Program-made: the position numbers and the translations under genes
The notes under the pieces: generated by a model
Told to the model about the DNA's origin: nothing
What the model saw: the letters and a program-made list of their open reading frames with translations, nothing else
Databases searched by the model: none
Source of the DNA: Xylographa opegraphella
Taxonomy: Eukaryota
DNA: 64,000 nucleotides
Assembly (NCBI GenBank): GCA_022813865.1
Contig: JALDZX010000019.1
Coordinates: 186,001 to 250,000, forward strand
Reading direction: 5' to 3'
Part shown: positions 47,380 to 60,044 of the stretch, piece by piece
How positions within the stretch are numbered: the stretch's first letter is position 1
How the letters are laid out: each line of letters begins with the position of its first letter

Positions 47380-48140
47380 GTGCTTAATTAATGTTAAGGA
47401 TAAGTACATACCGTGTAACATCGTTTATAACCTGCGAGGCAGTAGGCGCAATTATAGAGCCGCCCCTTTTTCTAACAATCCGATGGAAATACGCGCTAAA
47501 AGCGCACCATTCTTTTTAAAATAGCGATAATAAAATATAAGGGCGGGCTTGGGGACGTAAAGTAAAATAATCGTCGGGAATACGGGTCCGGGGCGTTAAG
47601 GCGTTGAAAAATCAGGACTAAAAATTAATTTTTTACTACGGTTTCGTATAAACCCACCTTTCGAGAGTTACCCCCCAGTACGAGCTCAAGTATTACGACG
47701 TTTAACTATAATAAAATATATACGTAAAATACGTAAAAAGGTATTAAATATACGCCAACTTTACGTAAATATATAAAAATAATAAAAAAATAATAAGTAA
47801 TTAAACGTAAAAACGGCGCAAATTAAAAATAAATAATAATAAATTAATACAACGCTGATACGCGAAACTCGAAATATTAACGCCGTAATGAACCCGGTAT
47901 TAAAATTTACGATTTACGTAACACGCGCAATTACGGCTGCTAAGGCGAAAAAAATAGTAGGGAGCAACTTGAAGTTATTATAAACTATACAAAGGCCGAA
48001 CGCATAAAAAACGTAATAAAAAACTAATTTTTTCCCTAAAAGGGTATCCAGTTTATATATACACAGATAAACTTCTACCGCATAGACTCTATAAGAGATT
48101 ACATCGATGATCGGTGTAAGATGAATAAATAAATAAAAGA
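47380..48140. mobile_element. AT-rich relic with a RIP-like signature (probable decayed repeat)
   Basis: Abrupt shift to AT-rich sequence with many TpA and A-runs, few CpA/TpG and retained CpG (tatacgtaaaatacgtaaaaaggtattaaatatacgcc). No intact ORF. Confidence 0.6.
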
Positions 48141-51100
48141 CTCGGAGTCTTCTGCAAATAAGATGGGCGGACTTTGCTTTGTAAAGTAATCTCGGATTCG
48201 GCCTGAAGGTAATGATAGTTGATATCGTCTGGCACATTGCTCGGAGTCCAAGGCCCTAGGACACACTTTCATGATCGCGGTGTTGAGAACACTGTTGATC
48301 ATCTCACTTCCTGGGGAAACATCGGATCGTGCTCAGACGATAGTGTTTCAAACCGGCACTGGAACTGAGCTTGATCCACTCCTTCCTTGACCTTCCGCAG
48401 TTGATCCTGTATCTCCTCCCATGTCTCGTATGCTGAACTGTTTCGCTATCATGAAGATTCCGCAGTCTAAGCTATTTCCCTCAATAAGACTTGTAATCAT
48501 CAGCAGAAAAGAGCAACCGAACCAAATGATGGAATGCAACCAGTCGGCACAGTGTAGCGTTCAGCTATAGAGCGAAGGTTCTGACCTCATTCCCGCTGTC
48601 ATCTCCAACTCGCATTCGGCCCACGCTTCGTCTGCAGGAGAAGGTCCAAGAACAACCTGCGCTTTCGCAGCGCCTATGCCTTTCCAGTTACTCTAGGCGC
48701 TCCTCCTCCTCATCGTCTCGTTGTTCTCCACCTGTTCATACTGGGCCGGCCCAAATCGCCGCCCCTTAAAACGGTCCTTACACCGGCCTACGGAATCCCC
48801 CAAGTCAACTCCACCGCCAGCATTGTTGTCATCGGTATCGTGAATAACGGGCGCCGAGCGCGTAGATATAACCACCTGCGCGCTCAACGCGGGAGTATTC
48901 CGGCGCGAGCGTTGAAAAGTAACAAAAGGGGCGCGAAACCAAAAAAAAATATAAAAAAAGTAGCGAAGCAGAACGGCGGTCATTCTTAGACTCGGAAACC
49001 TATGCAAGCCCCATGCGCTGTATTAAATCTTTAAACTTCGCAACGGTAAAAAAACGTACTTATATCTCTATTGAAGAATCTGGTGTAGTTGATGTACGTG
49101 CTGTAAAATATATAGAATAGATCATTGGCCAAACTCGTTGCACTGGTAGCAGATCGGGTTTTCTGGATGGCCACGAGCTCAAGAGACAGTATATGCTGTT
49201 GTTTTCCGTATATACTCTACCTTCGACAGCTTTCGGTGAACTATCAGTCACAACCTTAGCTCCCTCCTCCTTTAATACTTGATGCCTCGGTTGGATTTTC
49301 CACTTCAGAAGCAGAATCTCGACCCGGCGAGTAAGATATACGGCCTCCAGATCTTGCGGATTTGTAGGAATCCCGGCTGCTAAATGAACCTCTTTGGACT
49401 GGTGTTTTGCCCGAATCGCTGTGTCAGTATGTGTCTCCAGCGGCATCTGAGGAACCGAGCGACTGCCCATAATCCCATTAACTAAATCGTCTGTACCTTG
49501 GATTAGACTTGCCCGCACATGTGTCGGATTGGTGTGCCTGTAACAAGCCACTCTTTGTGCTTATCTTCGTTGACTCCGCAGTATCATTGTTTAGTCAAGG
49601 GTTATCTCTTGATAAGCTTTATTTCGAAAGCAAAAATTCCTTGACTGCTGCGTGTCTGTCATTGTATATGGGAGTGCTGAACCATCTTTTTCAACAACTT
49701 CGTGTGTAAAGCCGTTGAGCTCCTCAGTATAAATTCGCAGGGTAATTTTGTCTCCAGCCAGCAGTTCGCTCCCCAACCTCAAGAAAGCACTCCCATGCGC
49801 GTGTACACTCTGAGACAGGCTGGATTGCAGTTGTTCCTCTGTCCATATGGTCAGGGCAACAAATATACATGCTGTTTGAAATGGTATAGAAGTTCACCAA
49901 CACGGCAGACACAAGAGCGCCGGTGAACATGATGGAGTAATACCATCGATATCAAATCACCTAAAGGCATATCAATCTATTTTTTTGGCTACTCTTGTCT
50001 TCCTGAGGACTGTTTTCTTCCTGACGAATGGTTCTCTTCTTAATCAACATGCCGACGACAGGCAATCCAAACCCCAACGTTGGAGTTTTCACGTTCCGTG
50101 AGCCTTGGCTCCATGATTAGTGCATCCAAAAGACTTCGATACTTCCCCTGTACGTCGACGCAATTGGTACTATACTTACACATCCAATCGCACACGATCG
50201 TGATAAGTGAATTTGGTAGCCTTGACCTAGATTCACCATAAAATCGACATCGCCTTCGAGGCACCATCAACGAAACTAGGGTCTTGGTTGCTTTTCATGT
50301 ACATGTCTCGGGTTGTGGCGTTCGTACTTCAGGAAGTGATTGTTCCAAAGATGTAGACAGCAGAAGATATCTCGAGCGGGGATGAGTGCTTCGTCCTGTT
50401 GCGGCTGATAGACTTTTGCCATAAGTGACGACGCTTTATCAAATCGTCCATGGAGCGACAAAGCCTCTTGTATGGTAGCCATGGCGATGGAATGACAGGA
50501 CCGGTCCATGCTAAACGTCAGTATCCTGCCTGCCACGACTGGCAGTGTTCGTTCACGCCGATATAGGCGGGTGAACCAAGTCAATCCATTCGGTGCTGCA
50601 AAGACAATGAGGCCGTCCGACTATGACTTTGAACTAACTCGTTAGCAAATGATGCTTGCCATGTATTGGAAGCTTCGATTCTTCCGGTCTGATAATGGTT
50701 TGACGTATGCGCTGTAGTTCACGCTTGATCTCAGTGTACACTGCAGCCAGCCTCAACCGTAGAAGCATTAGTATCGTAATCTGACTGCCGTCCCAGATTA
50801 TCCGCGCCGAGCCTTGCTTTCCAGACTCGAACGGTGGCTGGTCGTAACAACTCGGCGGCAAGCGGGATCGTCTGCAAAGTGACACCTCGGCCAACTCTCT
50901 CTGGTGTGTTGGGCGTCATGCTTCAGGAACTTAACTTGGCTTCCAAATCTTCGCCTTGTCGAGAGATGGTGGACTGGCTGAAAGTTCATGACGAACGAGT
51001 TTGAAATGGGTATCGATCTGAATGCAGGGAGGCAATATAGATAATGTTTATCTGAATCTCATATATATCGTGGAATCGCCCCTCTTGTGCCATAGATACG

Positions 51101-51603
51101 AGCATGGGTGAACGCAATGAAGCACTTTGATAGATGACCACCTTTGGTACGGGACGATTAATATATACAAATATTGATCAATACGTGCACTAGAAGAAAT
51201 GTAGTGAATACTTCGCAGGTAATGGGAGTGTCCAAGCAACTGACGAATGTTATGACACTTTAAACTGACGGAGTTGGAACAAGAATTGGTCAAGCCTTCG
51301 GAGCCTGACAGTCCAGGCTAGAAGGATAGAAATCAGTTGGTTCTGCTTGATCGTGAAAGCAAACGCTGTGCTGCCCGTTCTAAAGGGAACCAAATTGAAG
51401 GGAAGAAAACAGATCTCAAGACACATCGTAACTCTGAAATTTTGATCGAAGCAATAACTGGACGGAAAAAATTGAGAAGAACGCCACCTGAATCATACAA
51501 ATGATAGGAAAGCCGCTTGGAGGAGGAGTCGAAATATCTTTGACAAATACAGCGATGATTATAATTCAAGCCCACCTTCGCTAGATGTTTGCCGTCTGCA
51601 TCG

Positions 51604-54600
51604 TTACCTACTGAGAAACTAGGATAGAGTTAGCACGCGTGGTTCAACGAATTGTGCGGCCAATGCTATCCGAACCTGTTTTGCTTCATCGTCCCCAATA
51701 TCAGAAACCTCCATTTCACTCTTGACAATGAGTCCTAGCTTGTCCTTTCTGACACGCCACCAAAGCTCATCCCTCCCAGCACCTAGCTCATTACCTTTCA
51801 ACCTCTCTTTGAGGTTCTTCAGCCAGTCGTTCCATAGTCCTGGCTCTTCCATCTCTGTCATCTCTTGCCTCAAAGCCGCCATCTCTGCGATCACTCTATC
51901 ATAGTTGCTGTCGCCGAAGCTATCTTTGATATGCTTCTCGATTATGTTGATTAGCTGACTGGCAGCATCTACGATGCCATTAGGGTCTTCTGTTGTTTCG
52001 AGCATCTGTCGAAATTCTGGGATGGGGTTGTCTGGAGATATCCTGGAGGTGGAGCGAGATGTGGCAAGCAGAGCGGAAACGTCCAGACCTGAAAGAGGCG
52101 CGGCACGATCGCGTTGACGTTTGCGACTTCGGAGCTTAGGTGGTACTATAGTTCACAAGGTATTAGATGTATGTTGTGATATGACGAGAACCTTGAAACT
52201 ATAAAACTACCTTTTTTCACATTTGCTGCTTCCCTGAGCTTTACGAGCTGTAATTTGGAACCAGCCTCGAGCTCGTCTGGAATCTTGGTGAACTTCGTGA
52301 GGATATCATAGGGTGGCGGGATTGGCTCTTCCGGGTGAACTGCCCGCCAGCGGACAGCCTGATCTATACGATGAAGAACAGAGGAGAAAGTATCTGTCAT
52401 CTGCATATACTCCATCGGCTTCCTATTTGGCATCAGTACCAGACGAAGAAACGGGAGCGAGCGGATCGTACCCATCATCATCCCTTCCAAAGGATGAAAG
52501 ATCGAGACTATCTACATAGTCACTCATTGCAGAGCTCAACGCCTCATTTGGCAGATTACGATGCTCTTTGAGGATCTTCCCAGAAACTGTAATGATCCGA
52601 TCAAGTGGAGCAAATTTATAGGACCGGACATCTTCTGCGAATGGAATTTGTACGTCCAACAAGCATTCATAGTGTACCTCAATGGAAGGAGCAAGCAATA
52701 CAAGTACGGGTGCTTTGTTGGCTTTTGGGACCAATCGCGCGATGGCGAAGTATTCCAGTTCCATCAGTGCATGGATCAAAGAGGACAAAGCAATTATAGC
52801 TTTGCTATTTGTCTTCTGGGCAATAATGACATTAGAAGATGACATGCTCATATATCGGTCGTACTAGAGTATGTCAGCTACTGTTCGTGGCAAAGCAGCA
52901 ATAGTACCGAGCGAGGAAATCGTCCACGCTCTCGAAAATGTTCAAGTAATGTTCGTGCTCCAAATGTTCATACTAGCATAGACAGGAGGAGATTGGAGAG
53001 AAGACTTAGTAGGATGGCAGTCGGACGTGGAGTTATAACCGAGGCACAGAATCTTCATTGGCAATCGCTCCACAATCACAAGGTGTAATTGGATGTGAAT
53101 TGGTATGCCTAGAGGAAAATGGTCCGGGACCCGCACTCGTTCCTTCCTTCACGTACTCGCGAAAATTCTCGACCAAGAATGAGAACTGAAGGTACACAGG
53201 GGTAGCACTCACATTATCCTTGGGAATGAACCCTACAATTTCAAGGACTGCAGCGGTCTCCAGGTTCGTAATACTCTCGTCAGACTCACTAATGTGGACG
53301 GCAGTTCTCCCATACTCGTAACCCTTAGCTAGCTCATCTCGAGTGACATCTCTTTTGCCACCTGGCGCTGTATCATCTTCGACTTGATAGCTGCGGGCAT
53401 TTCTTACAGCAGCAAGTCCGTTCGTGTTTGGATTAGATGACTCGCCTTCAGGAGCATCAGCATCGGGTAGAATGGTGGTCGAGGATGAGACACTGGCTCG
53501 ACGGTTCGATAGATCGGTTCTGTGGACATATTGACTAGCACTAGCTGGTCTTCGGATCATCGTCCGAGGATATCTTTCGACGTCGATGGAAAATGCTGTA
53601 TCATAGTGCTCTGGGTCACCTAAAGTGAGCTGACCTTTGTAGGAGTTGACAGGTCTGGTCATCTTGAGACGTGGAATACCAAGCTCTTCAATCGCTTGGG
53701 CTAATGTTCCAAAGATGCCATCACAACTGTCAGCCAAAGTCTTGAGTATGGCTTCATGCTTAGTCTGTAGGCGATATCAGTAGCAGGATGCACCTCGTAT
53801 CGGACATCGAACCTTCTCGGAACCTTTGTCTTCCTCTTTGAACCCATATTCTGCGTCGTCAAAACCCACTCCCCTTTATACAGTCAGCAAGTACAAGATG
53901 ACAAAAGCGGGACTAGCTTACAGAATGGTTAGTTCTATGTTGTCCTCTTTGATCTTCGAGGTGATCTCAGATAGATCATCGGTGTCCATGGACCCGTGTC
54001 CGTTGGTGACCAGAACAATATTGCGTCTGTACTTAAGCTTCTTGCAGTATTTGGTGATAGCCTCGATCGCCAGGACAATAGCTGATATTGCTACACATAA
54101 ATTTAGAACAAGGAGGCCTGAGCCATACAAGGCCGTATACCATCGCCATCGTTCGTTTTGCTCACTCTTATCAGACTCCGTAGTCGCTGCAAATCGGGCA
54201 AAAGAGTCCTGACACAGTAAATAATTCTTAAGAGAAAAACGAACATAAGTGAACATACTGCTTAATATCTTGAAAAACCGATATATTTGCAAAGCTTTCT
54301 TCTTCTGCAAGTTCATTCGCAGTTCCTGAAATATATAATTGGCGATTGTGCCGGCCTCAAGTACAGATACCAAACCTACCGACTGTATGCAGTCCTATTA
54401 CTCCCAGGGTGGCAGTTTTCCGGTCTGTACCCACCTTTCGCAATCATTAGCACGCGGAGTGGAAAGCTAATGGATAAGAATCTCAAGCACCGTAGATGTG
54501 ATCTTGTCCCAAACATAAAGCATTACCCATTCCAAGTCAGACTGCTGGCGTCCCTGGTTCTTTCGGCCCATTGAACTTCCAACATCTACGATGTATACAG

Positions 54601-54619
54601 TAGCTTCCTTGTCCGCCAT
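51604..54619 (-). CDS. KU80: Ku80 (NHEJ DNA end-binding protein), multi-exon
   Basis: [88 protein letters not shown] and the Ku80 C-terminal domain ending FLSR*. Confidence 0.96.
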
Positions 54620-54966
54620 AGCGGTACAATGGTCGAATATTCCAAAGGTCGAATTTATCCAATAGAAGTGTGTGCTAGTCGGGAATTCTTCTAGATATCC
54701 ATTGTCTTAAGCATATACCTTACCATGAATACCGCAAGATAGCTCCATTGCCGCAAGCAAACAGGCAGACGCGGCTTAAGCTTAGGACCTAAGCGATTGG
54801 TCTTAACGTAAACGCGCTAAGGTCACGAAGACCACGGGCCGAGGTCAGTGCGAATTGACGGAGGGGGGCGTGGTGTCAGGCGTCATCACTCCAGAATTGT
54901 TGTCCATAGCAGCTCTTCTTCCATTTTCGTACTTCAGTACTGTTCTACTGGCAATTGCATACTACG

Positions 54967-55698
54967 ATGCCTGATTTTTCGATCCTTGGGAGCTTGGCAC
55001 CGTACCATATCATCAGGTACGCTGTTGTGAAACTATCTCTCCATAAAATCGACTGACGCTTTCAGCTATGGAACTCTACTCGGCACAGAATTCTTCCAGG
55101 TAGGATGTCCTTAGAGTACGGTTCAGTTCAATGAGAGGATCTAAATGTGTCCCATAGTCGTTTATCGGAGGTATAGTAGCCTACAAAGCACTCCCCCGTG
55201 CTCAGTTCTCGTCCCTTCAACAAGCCATCTTTCCGATATACTTTTCCTTACAGACAGCTCTTCCTGTTGTCCTCGCCCTCACATATCCTGGTTCCCATCA
55301 GACACTGGGAACCTCCTCGATACCATCCGGGCTGAGCGGGGTCCTGAGCGAAAACAACAGGGTCAGCGTGTTGCTACCACTTACCACAATTTTCGCGACG
55401 AGTCTGGCGAACCTGCTGCTGGTGGGACCAGCAACGACCAGGGTGATGCGAGAAAGAAAGCATCAGGGTAAGAGCTTCCCTACCAAGTTTTCGACAAAGA
55501 CACAAGTGCTAACGAGTCTGCGAATGAGCAGAGACGAAGGACGGCAAGAAGAGCTACGATAGCCCCCCGCATTCCAAAGACATGATGAAGATGAATAAAG
55601 CTTTCGGACAACTCCACGGGATTTCGACACTATTGAACATGGCGGGTTATTTCGCAACTGTGTGGTATGGCGTCTCATTGGCCGAAAGGCTGCAATAG
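54967..55698 (+). CDS. DUF4149/TMEM205-like membrane protein, multi-exon
   Basis: Spliced APYHIISYGTLLGTEFFQSFIGGIVAYKALPRAQFSSLQQAIFPIYF..ANLLLVGPATTRVMRERKHQ..LHGISTLLN..WYGVSLAERLQ*. Confidence 0.85.
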
Positions 55699-57201
55699 AG
55701 AGAAGCACATATTCTTGAATAAGATCAGCCAAGCCAGCGACCATACATCAGAGCCTATGTGATGCAATGGAATCGCGGCCTCCCATTGGGTGCGTCTTGT
55801 AAATGAAGGCCATTATTTCGATCAAAGTTGTCTGTTGTCTTTCCGAAAGGAGAGCCACTTGTCAGAGCAATCCGTATCTGTGCTTCTTGTCTTTGGATTG
55901 ACACAGAAGTAGCTCGTTCGCACGATGGCCATGCTGTTCATAGAAAAGGTCATTGTTGCTGTTGTAAGTGCTTTTGTCGCATGAGTCTGCGTTATCGGCA
56001 GAGATTCCCGTAATGTCGAAGGGGAAAGATAGATCGGATGAGCCATCCGTGACACTTTTGATGATCGACAAGCTCTGGGCTTCGTTAGCTGCTCTAGAGT
56101 AGGTACTCCGTACTCTACCTAATTTAGCTACAGCTGGGCCCCCTCCCTTTCCGTTCTCAGTCCTCTGCGTGCGACGTGCATTCCCCGCCCCTGTAAGAGA
56201 GCGCCACTGCGGGAGCGGGGCTTTGGGGGTGAAAGGTGCCTGTTTCTTCCGCTGGACTGGGAACCAAACAGAAGGACGGACAGCGACACATGAAAGGGTT
56301 TCCCCTGTCTTCATCGGTCTGTCCATTGGCAGCACGTTGCATCATCGTCTCCCGGCGATCAAGATCCCTTCGGACACGTCTCCGCACGGTCGTCTGCCTC
56401 ATCGCGCAGCGTCCCCGTTACGAAAACCAAATATATCAAGGCGTCAATCATTCGACCGCCATGGGCGCCCAGTGGATAGTGGTGATCGTCGCACGCGATG
56501 AGTCGTGTGGCTGAAGAAGCAGGCTCGTGGACCGCAGGGGGTATCAGTGACCCTGCTGGCGGCCTCCACTGAACGATTTAGCGGGCGATTCCCCCGGAGC
56601 GGAAGTGCGAGCTAAAGGCAATCCTGGCAGTGTGGCCGCATGACTTGGGTGCGCAGGATAAGGTCGCTGCTGCGGCGCTCGTCGTCGAATCAGACGCTAC
56701 GACGAGACAACCTGTTCGTGTCGGACTTGCGCAATTTGTTGCTCGCTTCCGAGGGCTGCTGCTGGCTGGCGCTGCGTGCGTCTTTCCGTGCGTGCGACCA
56801 CCGCAGTTAGACCACATACCTCCCCCCCCCACGGTGAGAGAAGCTCTTTGTTCTGTTCAACCATCAACAGCAACGTTTCTGGATCCAACAACTTCGCTAT
56901 CAAGACTCGCTCTAGCTATCACGTTCGTCGTCCGTCATCCGTCTCGCCCCTTCAATCTCCTGATCAGTCTACGCCTACCGTCGTCTGCTTACCACTGCGT
57001 CAGCAGCTATCTCCGGTGTTCGCGTTCCGATCTCGCTTTCTTTGTTTCTTTCGTAAGTCGATGTGAGTAATCCGGTGCCACATCCGGTAACAGTCATCAT
57101 ATCTCTGTCACTTGCTATGATCCAGCTGTGTATCTCACACTTGCTTATCCTGGCTGACCTTCGTTGTCTCTGTGTAGTGAAACACTCGATACCACCGAAC
57201 A

Positions 57202-58497
57202 ATGGCCACCGTTCTCAACAATAACACTTCCACTCCCAGCATGGCCTCTATCGGCGGCTCTAAGCTGTTCAACAACAAGAACAACTTCTGGACTGGAAAA
57301 GAGAGCTTCGCCGCTGTGGCCGCGAGGACTGTGCCTGGAAACACTCATCGTCCGGGTTTGCCGACTCCACCAAACTCCATATCCCCCAACCTTCCGCCTC
57401 AGGCTTATCAGAAACGCGACATAGCCGACCCTCCAACCCCTCCTGCTCATACCCTTGACTCCGATATTGACCTCCAGGACGCGGTCGATCATGCCAAGGC
57501 ACAAGACCTACCCCAACGCCGCTTGGCTGCCATTCCAGATGATGGCACCTCCGGAATCCTGGAAACGGCAGACGCTATCACGCCGAGCTTACTGGCAAAA
57601 TACTATCTCCCCGACATTCTCCTCAACCACGGTCCCCTTGCCATCCGCCATGTGATGGGATTTCTCACCGCGTCTCTTCCCGGCTTTTCTTCCATTCCAC
57701 CCGCAAAAGCACGAAGGCTTGTGGTTGGAGCTCTTGAGGGCCGTGGCAGTGGCAGCGAAAGCGGCGGACTACATGGTGATGTGGAGTTCGAGAAGGTCGG
57801 TTGGGGACGCTGGGATGCGCGACGCAGGGGCCAGCCGTCAAAACACGACCGTAACGTTCGTCGTGCAAGTCCCACCGCTACGAGGAATCAGCACCATTCC
57901 CTTCGAAGTCCGTCCCCATACGCGTCTAGCGGCATCCGCATTCCTCGTCGTGCAAATCACTCACGGAATCGAGTACCTATCACAACTTCTCGCACTCCTC
58001 TAACTCATGAATCTCTTCGGTCACTCGATTCAGACACAAACATGCTGGACCCAGAGACCGAAGCCGATAAAATGTCGTTGGATGATGGATCCGGATCCTC
58101 GTCAGCAGTACCTGATGATGGCCTTATCGCCGACGACGACTTGGGAGATGTGACTGAGGAGGAAGACTGGGCCAGTATAGGTGCTGCGGCCTTACGAGCA
58201 GGCTCCTTTCCTTCTGGTGGAGGCGGCAAGATATATACCGTCAGCAGTCACACTTCTCGATACCGGAAGAGTGGTGGTGGAGGGCCAGTGAGGAGGGCAC
58301 TTGCGACGTCTATGCCGACCCAGATGGGGATCCGACCGCTTGGTATTCAACACCAACAAGTCAAGAGGATCAAAGAGTGGCAAGAGAGGTCGACTGAACT
58401 TACTGACGAGAATGGCGAGGTTACTATGGACAGCATCGGGAACGATTCCCAGGAGCGCGATGCCATCCAGGCGTTATTGAGTTTGAGTTCTGTATAA
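57202..58497 (+). CDS. STB3: Sin3-binding protein Stb3-like transcriptional regulator
   Basis: ITPSLLAKYYLPDILLNHGPLAIRHVMGFLTASLPGFSSIPPAKARRLVVGALE..FEKVGWGRW, TEEEDWASIGAAAL and C-terminal DAIQALLSLS. Confidence 0.88.
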   Translation: MATVLNNNTSTPSMASIGGSKLFNNKNNFWTGKESFAAVAARTVPGNTHRPGLPTPPNSISPNLPPQAYQKRDIADPPTPPAHTLDSDIDLQDAVDHAKAQDLPQRRLAAIPDDGTSGILETADAITPSLLAKYYLPDILLNHGPLAIRHVMGFLTASLPGFSSIPPAKARRLVVGALEGRGSGSESGGLHGDVEFEKVGWGRWDARRRGQPSKHDRNVRRASPTATRNQHHSLRSPSPYASSGIRIPRRANHSRNRVPITTSRTPLTHESLRSLDSDTNMLDPETEADKMSLDDGSGSSSAVPDDGLIADDDLGDVTEEEDWASIGAAALRAGSFPSGGGGKIYTVSSHTSRYRKSGGGGPVRRALATSMPTQMGIRPLGIQHQQVKRIKEWQERSTELTDENGEVTMDSIGNDSQERDAIQALLSLSSV

Positions 58498-59764
58498 TAT
58501 TGGGTTGGCGCATTCTGTGGCAGGGGAGCAGTCATACGTCCGACGCCTCTGCCTGGTTATGTGTATCGGAATGGAAAGGACTGGACATAAGGCATAGGGA
58601 GAAACTCGGGAATCGAAGTGCTCGTTCCCCGCTCGGTCTTTACGGATCTCGAGCCTTTGGACGGTCCAGTGGGTGATTTGGCTCCTTGGAGGGCGGCCGG
58701 GGGTTGGTCTCACTCCGACTGTCAAGGGCATAATTTTGCCACATCATTTTTTTGCAGCTTTTTGGTTTCTTGCTTGCGGATTCAACGATAATACCCCCAC
58801 TCACACCTGATTTTTTCCGTCACATCTCTAGGACTTGTGCGGCTGGTTCATCCCCACCTGTCCTTTCCTAGCGACACAAGAACATCGACAAGCAGCGAGG
58901 AAACGGAGGCTGCTTTTGGCGGAGAAGGGCAAGGTCTCCTTCACGGCGAACCGGGAGGCAGGGGCTTGGGTCGGATTGCGGGCTATGGGTGAAATGGTGC
59001 TGGAGCCGTCTTCTTTATTGAATGCACGGTCGACAGCCTCGCGTCACCCATATTCTTGCCGCAGTTTCGTGTATCGTGCTGGGCGCGGGTCGGGTTCCCT
59101 ACGGTCTTCTTCACTGAATACACTGTAGCTAGAATTCGATGCTCTGCCCAACTTTACTGTTTGCATAGCTTGTGCTTCTCGTGCGGTGAGCTGATCGCTG
59201 TGGTTGGTGGACGTCTAGACTGGTCTGTAAAAACCCAACTGCTCATTTCGTTCTGCACTTCCCTCCCTCAACTCTACGTCCTTCCTATTCACATCTTCTC
59301 CCCAAATGTCCACCTCCCCTCGAATCCCAATCGAAATCCCTGTATATCCCATATATCCCTCCCCCTTCCCGCCACCCACGCTTACGCAGCCTCTCCCCCA
59401 CCCACGCCCCCTATACGCCCCCTAGTATAACCCGAAAAACAGACATCAACACCACGGAGCATCTGCGCTACTGCCCTGAGCAGAATTCAGCAGGCAGAAA
59501 CCTTGTTCGCCGAGGGAGGAAAAGATGGGTGTGAGGAAGGTGCGTACGGGGACGTTATGAACTGAGAGGATGTGTCTAGCTTGGCTTGGCTTGGCATGGT
59601 GGTTGCCATGCTCCGCTGTGTATGGTTTGGCGGGTGCTGAAAGGGGGGAAACGACGGGCTGGGAGGCGTGGGTTCGCGATATGGAGCTTGGGAGTTGGTG
59701 GAGAGCATGTGTGCTCTTAGCGCGCTGCGGGGTGGTTGTGTTGTTGTGTGGGTGGGGTTTCTGT

Positions 59765-59782
59765 TGTGTGTGTGTGTGTGTG
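59765..59782 (+). repeat. (TG)9 microsatellite
   Basis: tgtgtgtgtgtgtgtgtg inside a G/T-rich tract. Confidence 0.9.
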
Positions 59783-60044
59783 TCGGAGGAGCTGGGTCGG
59801 GTGGGGTTTTGGGGCTTGGTGTTGCTTGCTGGCACGCGAGGTTCGGGGGGGGTGAGGAGGAGTGTTCTTGGGTGTGTAAGAAGAAGCCAGAGGAGCGCGT
59901 CGGTGGTTATCCATTTCGCGCGGATTCATGGTAGCTAATGAGATCGAACCACAACTACGAATTGCTTAGGATGGATTGATAAATCATATTTCCAGTCCCG
60001 TCCGTCCATCACAACTCTCATTGCTCCAAGCGGATCCAGCAGCC

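Noticed and set aside
54760..54820. ACGCG (MCB-like) sites in the KU80 promoter
   Set aside because: These are 5-bp cores without the full ACGCGT and are expected by chance.
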